From the NCBI RefSeq assembly GCF_009914755.1, contig NC_060926.1: DNA of 64,000 bases; one strand, 5' to 3'. Below, piece by piece: positions 57,259 through 64,000 of the stretch. The position numbers were made by a program, and so were the translations under genes. The notes below the pieces were generated by a model. The model saw only the letters and a program-made list of their open reading frames with translations, did not search any database and was not told where the DNA came from. The DNA comes from the human T2T-CHM13v2.0 reference genome, Homo sapiens. How positions within the stretch are numbered: the first letter of the stretch is position 1; every line of letters begins with the position of its first letter.

Positions 57259-58280
57259 GGGCAGTTCCAACATGGCTGAATAGGAACAGCTCCAGTCTAC
57301 AGCTCCCAGCGTGAGTGATGCAGAAGATGGCTGATTTCTGCATTTCCAATTGAGGTACTGGGTTCATCTCACTGGGGCTCATTGGACAGTGGGGGCAGGA
57401 CAGTGGGTGCAGTCCACTGAGTGAGAGCCAAAGCAGGGCGAGGCATCGCCTTACCCAGGAAGTGAAAGGGGTCAGGGAATTCCCTTTCCTAGCCAAGGGA
57501 AGGGGTGACAGATGGCACCGGGAAAATGGGGTCACTCCCACCCTAATACTGTGCTTTTCCAATGGTCTTAGCAAATGGCAAACCTGGAGATTATATCCTG
57601 CACCTGGCTCAGAGGGTCCCACGCCCATGGAGCCTCACTTATTGCTAGCACAGCAATCTGAGATCGAACTGCAAGGCGGCAGTGAGGCTGGGGGAGGGGT
57701 GCCCACCATTGCTGAGGCTTGAGTAGGTAAAGCAGCCAGGAAGCTCAAACTGGGTGGAGCCCACTGCAGCTCAAGGAGGCCTGCCTGCTTCTGTAGATTC
57801 CACCTCAGGGGACAGGGCATAGCCAAACAAAAGGCAGCAGAAACCTCTGCAGACTTAAATGTCCCTGTCTAACAGCTTTGAAGAGAGTAATGGTTCTCCC
57901 AGCATGGAGTTTGAGATCTGAGAACGGACAGACTGCCTCCTCAAGTGAGTCCCTGACCTCTGTGTAGCCTAACTGGGAGGCACCCTCTGGTAGGGGCAGA
58001 CTGACACCTCACATGGCCTAGTTAGTACCCCTCTGAGATGAAGCTCCCAGAGGAACAATCAGCAACATTTGCTGTTCAGCAATATTCGCTGTTCTGCAGT
58101 CTCCATGGCTGATACCCAGGCAAACAGGGTCTGGAGTGGACCTCCAGCAAATTCCAACACACTTGCAGCTGACTGTTCTGACTGTTAGGAGGAAAACTAA
58201 CAAACAGAAAGGACATCCACACCAAAACCCCACCTGTATGTCACCATCATCAAAGACCAAAAGTAGACAAAACCACAAAG

Positions 58281-59296
58281 ATGGGGAAAAAACAGAGCAG
58301 AAAAGCTGAAAACTCTAAAAATCAGAACACCTCTCCCCCTCCAAAGCAATGCAGCTCCTCTCCAGCAATGGAACAAAGCTGGATGGAAAATGACTTTGAT
58401 GAGTTGAGAGAAGAAGGGTTCAGACGATCAAACTTCTCCGAGCTAAAGGAGGAAGTTTGAACCTAACGCAAAGAAGTTAAAAACTTTGAAAAAAGATTAG
58501 ACGAATAGCTAACTAGAATACCCAGTGTAGAGAAATCCTTAAATGACCTGATGGAGCTGAAAACCCTGGCACAAGAACTACGTGATGAATGCACAAGCTT
58601 CAGTAGCCAATTTGGTCAACTGGAAGAAAGGGTATCAGTGATTGAAGATCAAATGAATGAAATGAAGCAAGAAGAGAAGTTTAGAGAAAAAAGAGTAAAA
58701 AGAAACAAACAAAGCCTCCAAGGAATATGGGATTACGTGAAAAGACCAAATCTACGTCTGATTGGCGTACCTGAAAGTGACAGGGAGAATGGAACCAAGT
58801 TGGAAAACACTCTTCAGGATATTATCCAGGAGAAATTCCCCAACCTAGTAAGGCAGGCCAATCTTCAAATTCAGGAAATACAGAGAACACCACAAAGATA
58901 CTCCTCAAGAAGAGCAACTCCAAGAAACATAATTGTCAGATTCTCAAAGTTGAAATGAGGGGAAAAATGTTAAGGGCAGCCAGAGAGAAAGGTCAGGTTA
59001 CCCACAAAGGGAAACCCATCAGACTAACAGCTGATCTCTCAGCAGAAACTCTACAAGCCAGAAGAGAGTGGGGGCCAATATTCAACATTCTTAAAGAAAA
59101 GAATTTTCAACCCAGAATTTCATATCCAGCCAAACTAAGCTTCATAAGTGAAGGAGAAATAAAATACTTTACAGACAAGCAAGTGCTGAGAGATTTTGTC
59201 ACCACCAGGCCTCCCTTACAAGAGCTCCTGAAGGAAGCACTAAACATGGAAAGGAACAACCAGTACCAGCCACTGCAAAAACATGACAAACTGTAA
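58281..59296 (+). pseudogene. L1 ORF1 (disrupted)
   Basis: ATGGGGAAAAAACAG start, with in-frame stops near 58458-58508 and a frameshift near 58950. Remnants include WDYVKRPNLRLIGVPE, REKG and YPAKLS. Confidence 0.93.
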
Positions 59297-59359
59297 AGAC
59301 CATCGATGCTAGGAAGAAACTGCATCAACTAACGGGCAAAATGATCAGCTAACATCATA

Positions 59360-63181
<3,822 letters not shown>

Positions 63182-63649
63182 ACAATGAGAACACATGGAC
63201 ACAGGAAGGGGAACATCACACTCCGGGGACTATTGTGGGGTGGGGGGAGGGGGGAGGGTTAGCACTGGAGATATACCTAATGCTAAATGACGAGTTAATG
63301 GGTACAGCACACCAACATGGCACATGTATACATATGTAACAAACCTGCACATTGTGCACATGTACCCTAAAACTGAAAGTATAATAATAATAAAATTAAA
63401 AAAAGCTCTAATCAACATTTAGCAGCTACATTTTTTTAAACTACAGCTACCAGGTAAAAAATATCGGTGATAACATATCACATTATAAGCATCATCTTTA
63501 AATGCTCTGTGATATTTCTCTGGGGTTTAAAATAGACTGGTTTTCTTAGAGAATGTCTGAAAAGGTTAAAGACTCTCTCAGGAAAAATACTTACAGATGC
63601 AGATTGTGTTAAACATAAAACTAAAAGCAGCACACTGCCTGGATTGAAG

Positions 63650-64000
63650 GTGGTTAAAGCTGGATCAACACCCTTCATAACTGAATTCAACAAATATATA
63701 TTTTAAATGGGATCTAAATATCTTAGGTTTAAACAAGCATAATTGAAGATAGAATTTCAGGTAAATTAAAGAATCATGTGTAAAAAGTAAAAGCACCATA
63801 GCCAATTTCACAAGCACTGAAACTGGCAAAGAAAATTTATAATTATTTAAGTAATTTTAGAATGAGCAAGGAGTTTCTAAGCAGAAAAGTGGTAACAGAA
63901 AACATAAACAGAATTATTATTCTATTTCATTAAAAATTAAGCATTTCTATATACCAAAAACTTTCATAAGCAAATGTAGGTTACAAACTAAAAATTGGGC
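63650..64000 (+). mobile_element. Degenerate old L1M ORF2 fragment
   Basis: AAGCTGGATCAACACCCTTCATA...TAAAAGCACCATA...CATTAAAAATTAAGCATTTCTATATACCAAAAA follows the L1 ORF2 order. Confidence 0.5.

Overview
Primate (human or great-ape type) non-coding genomic DNA. I find no credible cellular protein-coding exon, RNA gene or CRISPR array. The long ORFs that resemble known proteins are LINE-1 ORF1/ORF2/ORF0 remnants, and the rest are Alu/LTR or chance ORFs. The left ~39 kb is unique sequence with scattered Alu, MIR, L2, MaLR and MER5 copies, one 5'-truncated L1PA2-like copy, and several TE-poor, motif-rich blocks that may be enhancers. The right ~25 kb is nearly all + strand LINE-1. It holds a 14-kb nested cluster: an old L1M host containing MLT1A+Alu, L1PA15/16+THE1A provirus, and a full-length L1PA13-like element+AluJ. 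It also holds a full-length-looking L1PA (57259-63404) whose flanks do not rejoin and whose halves look like different subfamilies, so it may be a recombination scar. I cannot support a new biological system from this sequence. Subfamily names come from recalled consensus sequences and need RepeatMasker/Dfam confirmation. Boundaries of old repeats are approximate.
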